NCBI RefSeq assembly: GCF_006345805.1 | Contig: NC_042997.1 | Span: forward strand, 26,474,001 to 26,538,000 | DNA: 64,000 nucleotides | Source: Octopus sinensis | Taxonomy: Eukaryota | Direction of reading: 5' to 3' | In this document: positions 50,844 through 64,000 of the stretch, piece after piece | Numbering within the stretch: position 1 is the first letter of the stretch | Layout: every line of letters begins with the position of its first letter | The notes under the pieces: generated by a model | Told to the model about the DNA's origin: nothing | What the model saw: the letters and a program-made list of their open reading frames with translations, nothing else | Database searches by the model: none | Made by a program: the position numbers and the translations under genes

Positions 50844-51704
50844 GTGAGTGTGCTTATATAGCATGTCAGATAATGTAGATCGGGGTACATTGTTCTAAAA
50901 CGATAAGAGCTATTTACGTAAGTTGAATATCGTTAAACTTTGGTTTAATGGTTTAAAGATAAAATGTTTATCTTTAAACCATTTATATATTTTTTTAAGT
51001 ATATCTTACTGGTTTTCTTTTTCTTGAGTTCAACTGATAGCTTAAATTGTGGTTGCATTTCTTCATGCTGTATCTCTTCTTAACAATTCTTCCAAATTAT
51101 ATTTATACATAAATACAATTCTTATGCGCAAATAAGAGAATAAGGCTACATGAACCACATCCTTAACCAATTTTACCCTTTTAATTAAATTAAGAACTGC
51201 CATTTAATTTTCTGTACATTTTGTGATTCAAAATTTTCTATTTGATGCGTGATGTCCACAGTGTTCCCTCTTTTTGCAAACATTATGGTGGTTTCTTTCC
51301 TACAGATGACATGGTTTACTGTAAATGATAGTATGTATGTCATATCATCTGAACTCTGACAGGCTGCAATATTTTAACTGATAATGGTACGAATAAAATA
51401 ATGAGCAGTATGTTGATAGCTAAACAGAACGAATATTGTCAATCTAAGTCTTTCAAGACATGCCAAACTGTATGGATATGGATCAGGAGTTTTCAACCAT
51501 TTTATATTTATGGACGCCTGTGATTATTTTTTCATTCTGGTTGATCCCCATAGACATTCTATGTTTAAAAACTCGTTTTATAGAAGCTTCCTATTTGAAA
51601 AATTTCTATTTTTGTTTTCCACTCCATTAACTTGTGTAGGTTGGACTATATAAAATGTTAGGGAAAGATGCCTGGCTGTTTCTTGTAATACATACAAATA
51701 AAAA

Positions 51705-52023
51705 AAAAACATAGACGTCGCCGTTTTCAAGCCTAGACAGGCTCATGGGCCCGGTTTCCCGGTTTCTGTGGTGTATGTGTTCCCCCCAGCTGGACGGGAC
51801 AGCAGTCCATCGCATCGCAGCGTTACTCAAGAAACAAGAAGAGAGAGCGAGAGAAAGTTGTGGCGAAAGAGTACAACAGGGGTTGCCACCAACCCCTGCC
51901 GGAGTCTCGTGGATCTTTTAGTTGTTTTCGCTCAATAAACCCCACAACGCCCGGTCTGTGAATCGAAACTGCGATCCTCCGACCGCGAGTCTGCTGCCCA
52001 AATCACTGGGCCATTGCCCCACC
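51705..52023 (-). mobile_element. SINE family A head/body with alternative tail 2 (V-domain-like segment at 51782-51826)
   Basis: Minus strand GTAACGCTGCGATG..CGATGGACTGCTGTCCCGTCCAGCTGGGG resembles the V-SINE central domain as I recall it. Confidence 0.7.
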
Positions 52024-53519
52024 ACAAATACATACCAATACACACATCTAAAGCAGCATTTTTTCAATGGCCCTTAAAATACTATTACGGATCCCCAATT
52101 TACTATTTTGTTGCGTGAACCCCACCAAAATTTTATATTGACCCCCAAGGACCATATAGCCCCGGTAGACAACCACTCATATAGATAATCAGTTTGAATG
52201 CTAACCTTCAAATTCATATACGACATTATTGAGTAACCTGCACTGAAACGGCATTTAAGGTGCATGTATTTATTATAACAAATGCAAATATCCGGTAACG
52301 ATGTTAATCCGCTCAAGTGAAGTGAATTCACAGAAATGAGACTATTTCAGCATCACCAATTAATATTAATAATTTAGGTTCCAATCCCATATCAACGTGT
52401 TAATTTTTAACGCTATATGGGCTTGAAATAATCCAAAGTATAATCGCAATCTCGACAGAACCCGGCAATTGTGTGCTAGTATTGCATTAAAACACCGTCG
52501 TTTCTTTTCAAGCAATAAGATTAGAGTGAATATCCTATTTGCTCACTACCACTAAGAATATACATGTTAAATACTCTATTAATGCAGATCTCAAACTCGT
52601 TGCTGTGGTTGAACGGAGATACACATGTTTAACCCCCTAATAATTATTTCTACTCACTGAACTTCTGTCTAAGATATCAGGCTTTTTTTTTTCCTTCGAT
52701 TTAAATAATTCATATCTATCATTAAATCAAATTTACAGAGATTCTAAATCTCATGATAAATGCTTCTAGCAATATTACTACAAAAATTCAATTAATGTGT
52801 TTATTATATTTTCCAATTATTGAAATTAATGTGTTTTTGGAATACAGTTCATTTTGAATGAAAATAAAATGGAAAAGAACTAAAAACATTTTTACATAAA
52901 TATTTCCGTATTTCAAACATATATCAAAGCGATAATGTTCACCTAGTACAATATAAATATTTTTCACCCTGAGAGAAATAAATAAGACATGTCTGTTGTA
53001 CACAAACAAAACTATATTCAATTTCCGGTGCTTTATGTTTTTATATATACAATATGTAAGCTTATATTATGATTTTATAAATTTTATTTGCTTTGACAAT
53101 TCATTGTGAATTAGTAATGTTTGGTGTTATATGTGGACACAGACGCTCACAGGCGAACAAAAACCACACAAGACTAGACAGACACACACACACACACATC
53201 ATCATCATCACACACATACACTCACACATACACACATTCACTCTCACACTGTCTGACTATCTATAGACCTTTCTTCACGTGCCTCCCCCTCTCTCCCCCT
53301 CCCCCTCTCTCTCTCGCCCTCTCTTTTATGAACGGAGCAATGAGACAGAATTGACATTGTTTTAACAAGCCAGTACAATGAAAACTGGAATAAATTAGCG
53401 AATGCAGGAAGGAAAAACCATTCAACCATTACCTTAAATTTCAATATTTCGAGATTAAAATACTTTTATCAAAAGAAAACGGAGAATGTAATGACCTAAT
53501 AACTTGCTAAAAAATTCGA

Positions 53520-53647
53520 TACATACATAAATACATTCATACATACATACACACACAACATACATACATACATACATACATACATACATACATACATACA
53601 TACATACATAATACATACATACATACATACATACATACATACATACA

Positions 53648-53681
<34 letters not shown>

Positions 53682-54406
53682 CATACATACATACTCGAAG
53701 CAACAAATCGCGTATTTTGAGTGGGAGACTATCGAAAATACGATGAATGCTATCTTCAACTTTTAAGCCACAACTATCAACTCTATTAGATAACTTCCAG
53801 ATGAATTAACTGAGGGTGCCTTTCATTGAAAATCATAGTGAACTTTCGATTGAAACTTGAATTTACAATGTAGAGAGTTACTACAAGCAATATGGCTGAA
53901 CAAAATATCAATTACAACACAACTGAGGAACAGAACGAAAGTGCACGCTCAACAAGTAAAGAGATTCGGTCCAGTTGCAGATATAGAAGACACCAAAACT
54001 ACAAAATTCCTTTTTCTTGGAGTCATGCATTTAAGTATATATGAGCATGTCTAGACATGGAACATATGCATGAGAATGCATACATATAACAAAATATACA
54101 AATCTGCACGTATACATACACAGAAACATACAAAAATACCTGTTGATGTTGAAATTCCAATGAAGGAGACTTGAGTCTATATGAGAAAACGACCCTTTCT
54201 CTATTGGCAAGATATCTTAAAAGAAAACTAAATTATGACAGATACATACATACATACATACATACATACATACATTCATACATACATACATGCATGCATA
54301 CATACATACATACATACATACATACATACATGCATGCATGCATACATACATACATACATACATAAATACATACACACATACATACATACATACATACATA
54401 CATACA

Positions 54407-54436
<30 letters not shown>
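53520..54436. repeat. Two (CATA)n microsatellite blocks (~53520-53693 and ~54243-54436) separated by unique sequence
   Basis: Direct reading. Confidence 0.9.
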
Positions 54437-54437
<1 letters not shown>

Positions 54438-54583
54438 TTGCCTACGTGCACTATTGTAAAGATCAGCTGCCCAGCAGATATGAATGTGTCTTCAAGGTTT
54501 GGGGGAAATTACTGAGAGGCATACAGCTCTTAAATACAGTCTGCAGATTTTTTTTTTATTATCATAGGTGCTCTAGGATATGT

Positions 54584-54968
54584 GGAGGCGCAATGGCCCA
54601 GTGGTTAGGGCAGCGGACTCGCGGTCATAGGATCGCGGTTTCGATTCCCAGACCGGGCGTTGTGAGTGTTTATTGAGCGAAAAACACCTAAAGCTCCACG
54701 AGGCTCCGGCAGGGGATGGTGGTGATCCTGCTGTACTCTTTCCACCACAACTTTCTCTCACTCATACTTCCTGTTCTGTTGTACCTGTATTTCAAGGGGC
54801 CGCCTTGTCACTCTCTGTGTCACGCTGAATATCCCCGAGAAACTACGTTAAGGGGTGCACGTGTCTTGTGGAGTGCTCAGCCACTTACACGTTAATTTCA
54901 CGAGCAGGCCGTTCCGTTGATTCGGATCAACCGGAACCCTCATCGTCGTAACCGACGGAGTGCTTCCA
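54584..54968 (+). mobile_element. SINE family A, full length, 11-bp TSD
   Basis: CTAGGATATGT at 54573-54583 and 54971-54981. Confidence 0.93.
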
Positions 54969-55249
54969 TCCTAGGATATGTAACTGTAGAGCTGCCTAGA
55001 CACAGAAAAAGATTGGATTCTCAAAAAATAATAAATGAAATAAATGAAAAAAATTAAATAAAAACAAACTAACTTACCTTCAGATATAATCGCTTACAGA
55101 AAAGTGAAAATGTTAAAAATTTTTTTAGGAATGCCTTATTTCAGGTCCCTGGGTGACAGTCGCGTTCCCTCCCGATACGCATATAGATGAGTAGTAGTTT
55201 ATCCACACGCATATACATACATAAGCAAAATTGTCACACATATTGTCAC

Positions 55250-55631
55250 AGGCGCAGGAGTGGCTGTGTGGTAAGTAGCTTGCTAACCAACCTCATGGTT
55301 CCGAGTTCAGTCCCACTGCGTGGCATCTTGGGCAAGCCCCGGGCCGACCAATGCCTTGTGAGTGGATTTGGTAGACGGAAACTGAAAGAAGCCCGTCGTA
55401 TATATGTATATATATATATGTGTATGTGTGTGTGTTTGTGTGTCTGTCTTTGTTCCCCTAGCATTGCTTGACAACCGATGCTGGTGTGTTTACGTCCCCG
55501 TAACCTAGCGGTTCGGCAAAAAGAGACCGATAGAATAAGTACTGGGCTTACAATAAGTCCCGGGGTCGAGTTGCTCGACTAAAGGCGGTGCTCCAGCATG
55601 GCCGCAGTCAAATGACTGAAACAAGAGAGAG
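55250..55631 (+). mobile_element. SINE family B, full length with small internal deletion
   Basis: AGGCGCAGGAGTGGCTGTGTGG...GACTGAAACAAGAGAG. Confidence 0.9.
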
Positions 55632-55799
55632 TATATGTGCATACATGAAGCAATTCAAAAAGTTACAAATCCCAACAGCACTCATAAACGAAAGTACCTC
55701 ATCACTTACGCAATTAGAAAAATAAATTGAAAATATATCCCAAAGAAAATACACACATACGCACACGCACACATGCGTATGCATACACATACATACAGC

Positions 55800-56276
55800 C
55801 AGAACAAATGCTCCACCTGGCCAAACAGTAACCAAGGAGTGCTACCGTAATGCCTTGCGGTATTTGTGGGATGCTATTCATCGGAAAAGGCCACAATTGT
55901 GCGTACGGTGAGTAGCAATTTCACCATGACAACGCATCTGCCCATTCAGCGCAGCGTATACAGCGGTTTTTGGCTAGTAGGGACAGCATTCCCAAGGTCC
56001 AATAGCCATCGTATTCCCCAGATCTCATCCCTTGCATTTCTTCCCACTTTCCAAAAATCAAATCTCGCTTCAAAGGAAAATTTCAGGACGTCAAGGAAGT
56101 GAAAACAACGAGAGAGTAGCTGATTATCCCAGTAAACGAGTTCCAGGAATGCTTCCATCAATGGAAACAGCGCTGGATTAAGTATATGCCTTCCGAAGGA
56201 GATCAAAGGACAAATTAGCACGTGCTCTAGTCCTGTTTTTATAGCACCAATCCGGATATTTATTGATCATACCTCG
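55800..56276 (+). mobile_element. Mariner transposase C-terminal remnant with right TIR
   Basis: PPGQTVTKECY, FHHDNASAH, PSYSPDL, FQECFHQWKQRWIK. TIR ends at 56276 followed by TA. Confidence 0.88.
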
Positions 56277-56290
56277 TATATATATATATA

Positions 56291-56457
56291 AAGACCACCC
56301 GGAAGACCTCCACGACGGTGGAGTGACGATTTCAAGAGGACGATTGGAATCACGTGGATGAGAAAGGCGCGATCCAGAGAGGAGTGGACAGCGTGCTGTG
56401 ACCAGCGGCGTCAAATGGACGTCTGACGGACTGGTCGGTCAAAGTGATCAAAGTGAT
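56291..56457 (+). mobile_element. RTE-clade LINE extreme 3' end
   Basis: RPPGRPPRRWSDDFKRTIGITWMRKARSREEW, followed by a short repeated tail (CAAAGTGAT)2. Confidence 0.75.
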
Positions 56458-56584
56458 ATATATTATCTATCTATATATGTGTATATGTATATCTATCTAC
56501 CATATATTATATCTATCTATCTAATATCTATTATCTATCTATTATTATCTATCTATCTATCTACCTACATCTCTCTCTCTCTCC

Positions 56585-56628
<44 letters not shown>

Positions 56629-56632
56629 ACAT

Positions 56633-56668
<36 letters not shown>

Positions 56669-57326
56669 GTAAGTATGAAATATGATATATTTATACGCTC
56701 TACAATATATTTAGTGCACACACGCATATTGAGTCTATTCAAATATATAGTTTTGGAATAAATTTCACACTTCGAAAAAGTAGTTTATTTCTCATCGTAT
56801 GAAAGACTTTACGAATAAAATGAATTAACCAATAATTCAAAAATTTGTATTAGTGAATTTTCGACGCGTTGTACTTTCAGGAATGTAAATGCACACAACT
56901 GTCTCTGGAGAGATTAATAATACATTTAATACAAAAATGAATCACAAAAGGGAATACACTTGTCAACAAGGTTAATATTCTTACAGAAATGTATGATTAC
57001 TTAATGCAATAAATATATTAAAAAATCATTAATTGTATTGCACTTATGTGATAAAAAATATAAATCGTAAAGCTGCCAAACTTACCTGGTATTTTTGGGA
57101 GGCAATGGCTTTACTGATGCTTCACCTCCTTGGAGTCATAAGTTTAATGAATCGTGTATAAAGAATCGGAAATTATAGGGTAGTTGAAATATCATTTATT
57201 TCATAGTTTGGCTTCCTTTATACATCCTCTCTCCTCTCCACCACGAATACACGTAAGCATATATAATTATAATATATATACGACTATATATATATATAAT
57301 TTATATATATATATATAATATACATA

Positions 57327-57722
57327 CTAGAAGTATCGCCGGCGTTGCTCGGGTCTGTAAGGAAAAAACTATAAGCATTTTTAGAGAGTTATAGCCAAAA
57401 AATAGCAAACAAATTTATTAAAAATGGAAAAAAAAAAATGATGGTAAAATTATTTTTTAAAATCTGACTCATCGTAGACATTTTTAGAGAGTTACTTCCT
57501 TATATAATGCGAAAAAAATGCATTAAATATGGAAAAAATGATGGTAAATTTTTTTTTAAATCGTAGACTCACGTAGAAGCGCGTGTTAAATACCCAGAAG
57601 GGCCGATATGAATCACGGACTATGAGTACCCGGTTTTGGTAAAACTGCACCGCAAAAATGTGGAGTAGTTAGGAATCTAAATCAGTAGAAGACAGACACA
57701 CACTTGACTTATTATATAAAGA
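57327..57722 (-). mobile_element. Non-autonomous Helitron-type element, same family as 6687-7057
   Basis: CTAG.AGTATCGCC.GGCGTTGCTCGGG terminus at 57327. The opposite end is ...TATATAAAGA|T. Confidence 0.78.
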
Positions 57723-57789
57723 TATTGCTTATATAAACGCACATGAACATATGCACACACGTGCAGACACGTGTATATTTATATGTTAT

Positions 57790-58110
57790 TTTTTCTATTC
57801 TAGGCACAAGGCCCGAAACTTTTGGAAAGGGGGCCAGTCGATAAGATCGATCCTAGTACGCAACTGGTACTTAATTTAGCGATGAAAGGCAAAGTTGACC
57901 TCGGTTGAATCTGAACACAGAACGTATTAAGACAAACGGATTAAGTCGATTATATTGACCCCAGTACGTAACTGGTATTTAATTTATCGACCCCGAAAGG
58001 ATGAAAGGCAAAGCTGACCTCGGCGGAATTTGAACTCAGAACGTAGCGGCAGACGAAATACAGCTAAGCATTTCGCTCGGCGTGCGAACGTTTCTGCTAG
58101 CTCGCCACCT
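57790..58110 (-). mobile_element. Two adjacent SINE family C copies
   Basis: C core at ~57860-57920 and again at ~57950-58108. Confidence 0.8.
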
Positions 58111-58127
58111 TTACACTTATATATAAC

Positions 58128-59371
58128 TCGCTGACGTACCCTGTAATTCCGGCAAAAAGCGGGGATTATCCCTTGGTTCCGTCCTCATAATTGTTTCGGT
58201 AGTACAGCAATAACAATATTAGAAATGTTAAAATTACTAAGTCTCTATAAAAGAGATTATGGCAGCGTTTACTGGAAATTAATTGTTATCGCCATATTAA
58301 TATGGCATTCTTATAGATACAAGAATTATCGCTGCCGCTGGTCAGCTCCATGAGGCCACCACCATCAAGATAGCTATTGATACACGATCTGTATCCATTA
58401 TAACCTTGTTCGAAGGTTATAATGGATACAGATCGTGTATCAATAGCTATCTTGATGGCGGTGGCCTCATGGAGCTGACCAGCGGCAGCGATTATTCTTA
58501 TATCTATAAGAATGCCATATTAATATGGCGATAACAATTAAAATACAAAGTATGTTGCCTTTAAAATGGATTTTGTGTATTTACAGAGAATACCGAACTG
58601 CCTTGCACAGAATCTTGTTTTTAGGAATTCTCAATAAGTTATGAATACCCAAATTGTGAAGTGAGTTATGTAATAACTTGAAATTAGTTACCCGATAGTA
58701 AGAATTCACATAAAGTACCCCCGAAAAGGACTCTAATGCTTTCCCAGAATTTGTAGAACATAGGAGGAAATACTAATAATGTATGTATACTTAAATGTGA
58801 AGCATGTTACGTAATAACAGGCTAATCATATATGAGATAATAACAATTCAAAGTAAATAACTCTGAAAAGGGCTTTTGTGCGTTCCCAGAGAATATTACT
58901 CCCAGGGGCGCTAGTGTTGGTATATTCGTGAATAAATCACTAACCAAAATTAGTGGATCTATTGTTTAGGAAAATACTATTTTCTTGTTTAAGGGTTGTA
59001 CTGGATAGATTACGAGAATAAACCTAACAGTTCAAATACTAAGTAATAAGCATACTCAATTTCATTTTAACCAAATAAATTAGGAAAATGAATAGGTTAT
59101 TTCACTTGGCTACATATAAGGATCCTTTCTAGGGGCGAATGGGTTATTTCCCATGGTCTTTAAAATAAAATATATTAGATATATAAAAGGATCCCTTCTA
59201 GGTTCCTGACTATCGATTTTTTTTCAACAATCTGAGTATGCCATGAGGTTTCCAGACATGAGTTCAACTCATGTGTCAAGTTTCATCAAAATCGATAAAA
59301 CGTCGTAGGATGAATTAGCTAACACCTCCACAAAAACACCCACAGACAGAATTTCGTATATATGTAGTAGA
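58128..59371 (-). mobile_element. Possible larger Helitron-type element enclosing the 58279-58541 hairpin
   Basis: Left end AACTCGCTGACGTACCC resembles a degenerate ACTAG terminus. Right end TGTCAAGTTTCATCAAAATCG...ACAGACAG..TAGTAGAT resembles 6950-7057. Confidence 0.4.
58279..58541. mobile_element. Near-perfect hairpin element, 129-bp arms, 5-nt loop
   Basis: Arms 58279-58407 and 58413-58541, loop GTTCG. Homologous to 5797-6157. Confidence 0.92.
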
Positions 59372-60544
59372 TGTAACAGAAACTGTAGATTTTATATCTA
59401 TTTTGCAGAGGTCTTTTTCTTGATAGAAACCCTTCAGACTCGTGTCATATACTCAGCACACGTGTCTCACCGGGTGTATGGGATTATGGGAATTAGAGAG
59501 AACTTATAAACCCACATAGAAGTCGATTATTTTTCTTTCCCTCTGTGAAATATATATCAATGTAATAAATGATTTATAATCTTAAAAATAAAAAGACACC
59601 TAATGTAAGTCGGCTTCAGGAGCTGTTGCGTGGTAAAGATGAAAATGAGTGAGCGCAAATTGATAAGAGCAAGCATCAACGAACGCACACCTCACACATA
59701 TAGATAGACATGTGTGTCATAAATTAGAAGTTGTAAAGTAGAATTTAACAGATGTGTATATTTACCCAGATGTAATGGTATGTCAAGTTAATTAGTAGGT
59801 ATTTCTCGAAGTGCCTTAATTTTCCAGCAGTTTTACACTCATTAAGATGTCTGAGCTGCATAGATATTTAAAGTCGGGACATTTTCCGCCTTGAAAAAAT
59901 TTGCCTTCTAATCACCTTTATCATAAAAATTTATTGCCAGACCTCTATACTTATCACGTGTTCTTAGTATATTTCTTTGAACTTCCGATCTCTCTTTCCA
60001 AAACGGCCAACTAAAGATTTTCATATGGATTTTTCAGCGCCAGAACATCCTTTCACTTTGGAATTTATTTATACTCAAAATATATCTTATGAGCAATTGA
60101 CAAAACTCGGAGTAGCGTCTTTTTCAGTCCTAGTAACTATGTAAAAAAAATATATTACATATCACATTTTTAACCCTTTGAACCCTGACCTCCTGAACCT
60201 TATTTGACCATATACTTGGCTTTCAGATGTTTTCCACCGGTAGAGCAATGCTACAGTATAGAAGAGAAATAAGCCATCCACAGGTTAACTGGTGTTAGGG
60301 ACTCAAAGGGCTAATGAAATTTTTTCACATTATATCCAGTAACTCATATTGCATTACACACACATACATTCATACACCCGTGCACACACACATGAATACA
60401 CACACACACACATACGAACACAAACATAAACGTGCTAACACACACACACACACACCACACACACCACATATATGCATATATGTGAATGTGAGTAAATTTG
60501 GCAAATCACGCGTTCGGTGTTCTACGCAGTATTTCGAAAGTCGT

Positions 60545-60923
60545 GGAGGCGCAATGGCCCAGTGGTTAGGGCCAGCGGACTCGCGGTATAGGATCGCGGT
60601 TTCGATCCCAGACCGGGCGTTGTGAGTGTTTATTGAGCTAAAAAACACTAAAAGTCCACGAGGCTCCGGCAGGGATGGTGGTGATCCCGCTGTACTCTTT
60701 CCCACAAATTTCTCTCACTCTTACTTCCTGTTTTGGCTGGTGTACCTGTATTCAAAGGGCCGGCCTGTCACTCTCGTGTCACGCTGAATATCCCCGAGAA
60801 ACTACGTTAATGGTACACGTGTCTGTGGAGTGCTCAGCCACTTACACGTTAATTTCACGAGCAGGCTGTTCCGTTGATTCGGATCACCGGAATCCTCGTC
60901 GTCGTAACGACGGAGTGCTTCCA
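60545..60923 (+). mobile_element. SINE family A, full length
   Basis: GGAGGCGCAATGGCCCAGTGG...GTAAC.GACGGAGTGCTTCCA. Confidence 0.9.
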
Positions 60924-61675
60924 CTGACAGAGTGAACTGCCACATTCGTACAAAAAAAAAAAACGAAAAAGAAACGGAGTATATTTTGCCAAGTTTACTG
61001 AGTACGTGTTTTTTTTTTTCGCATTTGCATTCAGTTTATTCATGTCTCACGTATAGTATGTAATATTAAAACGATTTTTCATATGCATTACGTTCGAGAA
61101 TATAATAATGCATGTAAAGAAAACAGCAGTTATTCTAAGATTTGTCCACGAGAGGATTTGATCCGTTCATAGCAAGTTAACAAAATATTCTTTAAATAAT
61201 TAGTTGTGTACTATGCGTTTCATGACCTTTGTAAGTCAATATAGTGCGCACTCGTGTCTATGGACACAAAAGTAGTGCTTCTGTCAAGAATATAAACATC
61301 GAATTTACGATTAATATGAGGTTAAATACCTTAATGTCTCGATCACTAGTTTTAGATTGTAGATGTACTGGGAAGTAAATATTGGATGTATATAGAACAG
61401 GTTAGCAGTAAAATTCAATTAGAAAACACGACCGCTTGAATACGTAGATATAATGTAAAATATAATCTTTTTGCCATTTCACCTCTCAGGTCATGATATT
61501 GATTCGAGAATATAAAGGAGGAGTGATCTGCATAAATACTTGTTTGTTCTCAATTATCTGAAAAGAAGATGTTTAAGTTAGCCTAAAACAGAAAGTATTT
61601 ATACGCATACAGATATACAAGTGCGTATATACATATGTGTGTGTGTCTGTATGTACATATATACGTATATGTATG

Positions 61676-61727
<52 letters not shown>

Positions 61728-61730
61728 TAT

Positions 61731-61761
<31 letters not shown>

Positions 61762-61879
61762 CCAGTAACACCCCCTCCCCTATGTGGTTAGCCATATTAA
61801 GATGGCTTCTATACTTTACATTATCGAGCGATTACTGATTACATCTCATTCTGAGATTTAATAATGCTTATATATATAT

Positions 61880-62250
61880 ATCGTTTTTAGAAAGACACAA
61901 GCCTGTTGGCCTATGACATAAGCCAACAGGTCTTACGACAAACCATAAAGTTACCCATGGTAGCCCCATAAACCCGCCTTCAACAGGAAAAATATATACA
62001 CATATACATACACACACACATACACACAAAAACACACATACTCAGACACACATACATATATATACATACATGTATGTATTTGTATGTGTGTACATATGTA
62101 TGTGTATTTGTAGATACAGACATAATTATATAATTGTATATATATATATATATATCTATATATGGGGTTACCATGGGTAACTTTATGGTTTGTCGTCAAG
62201 ACCTGTTGGCTTATGTCATAGGTCAACAGGCTTGTGTTTTTCTAAAAACG

Positions 62251-62252
<2 letters not shown>
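61880..62252. mobile_element. MITE-like element, ~90-bp inverted arms around a microsatellite core, (TA)n flanks
   Basis: Arms 61880-61970 and 62161-62252. Each arm has an internal hairpin CCTGTTGGC..GCCAACAGG. Confidence 0.88.
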
Positions 62253-62294
<42 letters not shown>

Positions 62295-62296
62295 AT

Positions 62297-62334
<38 letters not shown>

Positions 62335-63636
62335 TGTATGAGAGAATGGCTGAATGAGTGGGTAGATAGGCGGTATGTAAATAGGGTTAAAAATACTTTG
62401 TACAACGAAGTAGAATCTAGAATAATATTTATATTCCACGGTGTGTCTGAGTGAGTTCGTAGTCAAGTTTCACGCTTCCGCTTCACTGACTGACAGCTTA
62501 AACCTCTGCGGGAATTCTACATATAGCAGGGCGACTACACTTCAAAGGCGGGGCAACGATACGGTTATACCCACATTTTCGTCAATATTACTACTTTATT
62601 ACTAAAAAAAAAAATTACATAATCACAACACTTCGATGTAGCTCTGAACAAATATAATTTTACTCTACTTCACAGTATCGAGTTATCTGTTTCGCTTACC
62701 TGCACTCATGTAGACATCACACAGACACATATATGTATACATAGATACATAGATAGATACATACATAGGTACATATATACATATGTACATACATACATAC
62801 ACGCACACATACACGCACATGTATATGTATGTGTATGTATATCCTCTATTTATCTGTACTCTAATGGAGTAAGCTGCTTATTGATTAGGTATGTAGCAAT
62901 TACTAAAAGTACTAAAAGAAAGCAAGTATTTAAGGGTTGACCATCTGGAAATATTTTTATAAATGCATGTGCATTGAATTTCGTAACTCCAATGTGTAGC
63001 AAATTTACATATTCATTGCATTTACTGCGTCCAATGCTGCACAAATTTAAATATTCATTTTCAAAGTCTCTCACATGTTTTCATTCCAAGTTTTAATGCA
63101 CTATTTGGAAGACTGACAATTTATTCTATTCATTTATGCATAATGCAGAAACATTATTTATTGAATGAAATTCTTTTAAAATACTCGTAGAATTTTTGTA
63201 AACAACATTTAAAAGTAATCCTGTTGTTATGGCTGTTTGGAACGCTTTACAATAATAACTATCTGTACCGATTTTGGCCATTTTCCTTTTTAACTTAAAA
63301 TCCATGGGAGGAGCCTTTTGCTAAAAAATAAAAAAAACAAAGCAAATTGTAAATATTTTCAGAGGAACATTTCAAGAGAGGTTTCGCTGTTGTTTCTAGC
63401 ACAACCCAAACCACCCTTCTTTCTCACTCCCAAATGTACTGATGTCTTTTCAATATTTTTCTCACATTAAACATATTTTATGGAAGTAGCACACGCGTGG
63501 TCCATAGTTGAAAGAAAATAAAAAATAAATTCTAATCTAAATTTTTACCACACCTGACCAAGCGAAGCCCTGTGTGTGCGTGTGTAGGTAAATATTTTCG
63601 AACCGAATAGTATGCTATTAAAATGAAGTTTCGTTT

Positions 63637-64000
63637 ACTCTTACTCTTTTACTCTTTTACTTGTTTCAGTCATTTGACTGCGGCCATGCTGGAGCACCGC
63701 CTTTAGTGGAGCAAATCGACCCCGGGACTTATTCTTCGTAAGTCCAGTACTTATTCTATCGGTCTCTTTTGCCGAACCGCTAAGTGACGATGACCTAAAC
63801 ATACCAGCATCGGTTGTCAAGCGATGCTAGGGGGACAAACACACATACACAAACACACACACATACACACACATATATATATATATATACATATATATGA
63901 CAGGCTTCTTTCAGTTTCCGTCTACCAAATCCACTCACAAGGCATTGGTCGGCCCGAGGCTATAGCAGAAGACACTTGCCGAAGATGCCACGCAGTGGGA
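63637..64000 (-). mobile_element. SINE family B, runs off the window end
   Basis: Reverse complement of the B consensus from the 3' tail to ...GCCACGCAGTGGGA. Confidence 0.9.

Noticed and set aside
54584-54660. tRNA gene in SINE A heads (also B heads)
   Set aside because: A/B boxes are present, but the acceptor and anticodon stems do not pair, and the head is fused to a repeated body with TSDs. It is a SINE, not a tRNA.

Overview
AT-rich, microsatellite-dense eukaryotic DNA made almost entirely of interspersed repeats. It is most likely an octopus genome (my inference from the SINE families and repeat landscape, not from a database search). I see no intact protein-coding gene; nearly all supplied ORFs are read-throughs of (TA)n, (CA)n, (TAA)n, (GATA)n or (CATA)n tracts. 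The window contains three tRNA-headed SINE families (A, B, C; about 30 copies), a ~570-bp (TAA)n-flanked repeat (family E), decayed R4/Dong, Tx1, RTE and CR1/L2-type LINE pieces, mariner and maT transposase remnants, Helitron-type elements, many foldback elements, and a Penelope-like (Naiad/Neptune-type) RT + GIY-YIG fragment. The main discovery is a hammerhead-ribozyme system. At 33.2-34.5 kb a non-coding ~480-bp unit occurs as a tandem pair on the minus strand plus an inverted copy on the plus strand. Each copy carries a canonical type I hammerhead (CTGATGA...GAAA...GTA, 8-bp stem I in two of the three copies), which predicts a self-excising 480-nt retrozyme-like RNA. Nearby are a 510-bp unit with a degenerate hammerhead, a dispersed family of short (TA)n-flanked elements with minimal hammerheads, and a Penelope-like element that can be reassembled across a twin-priming-type inversion. 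A further near-canonical hammerhead lies at 13.65-13.72 kb.
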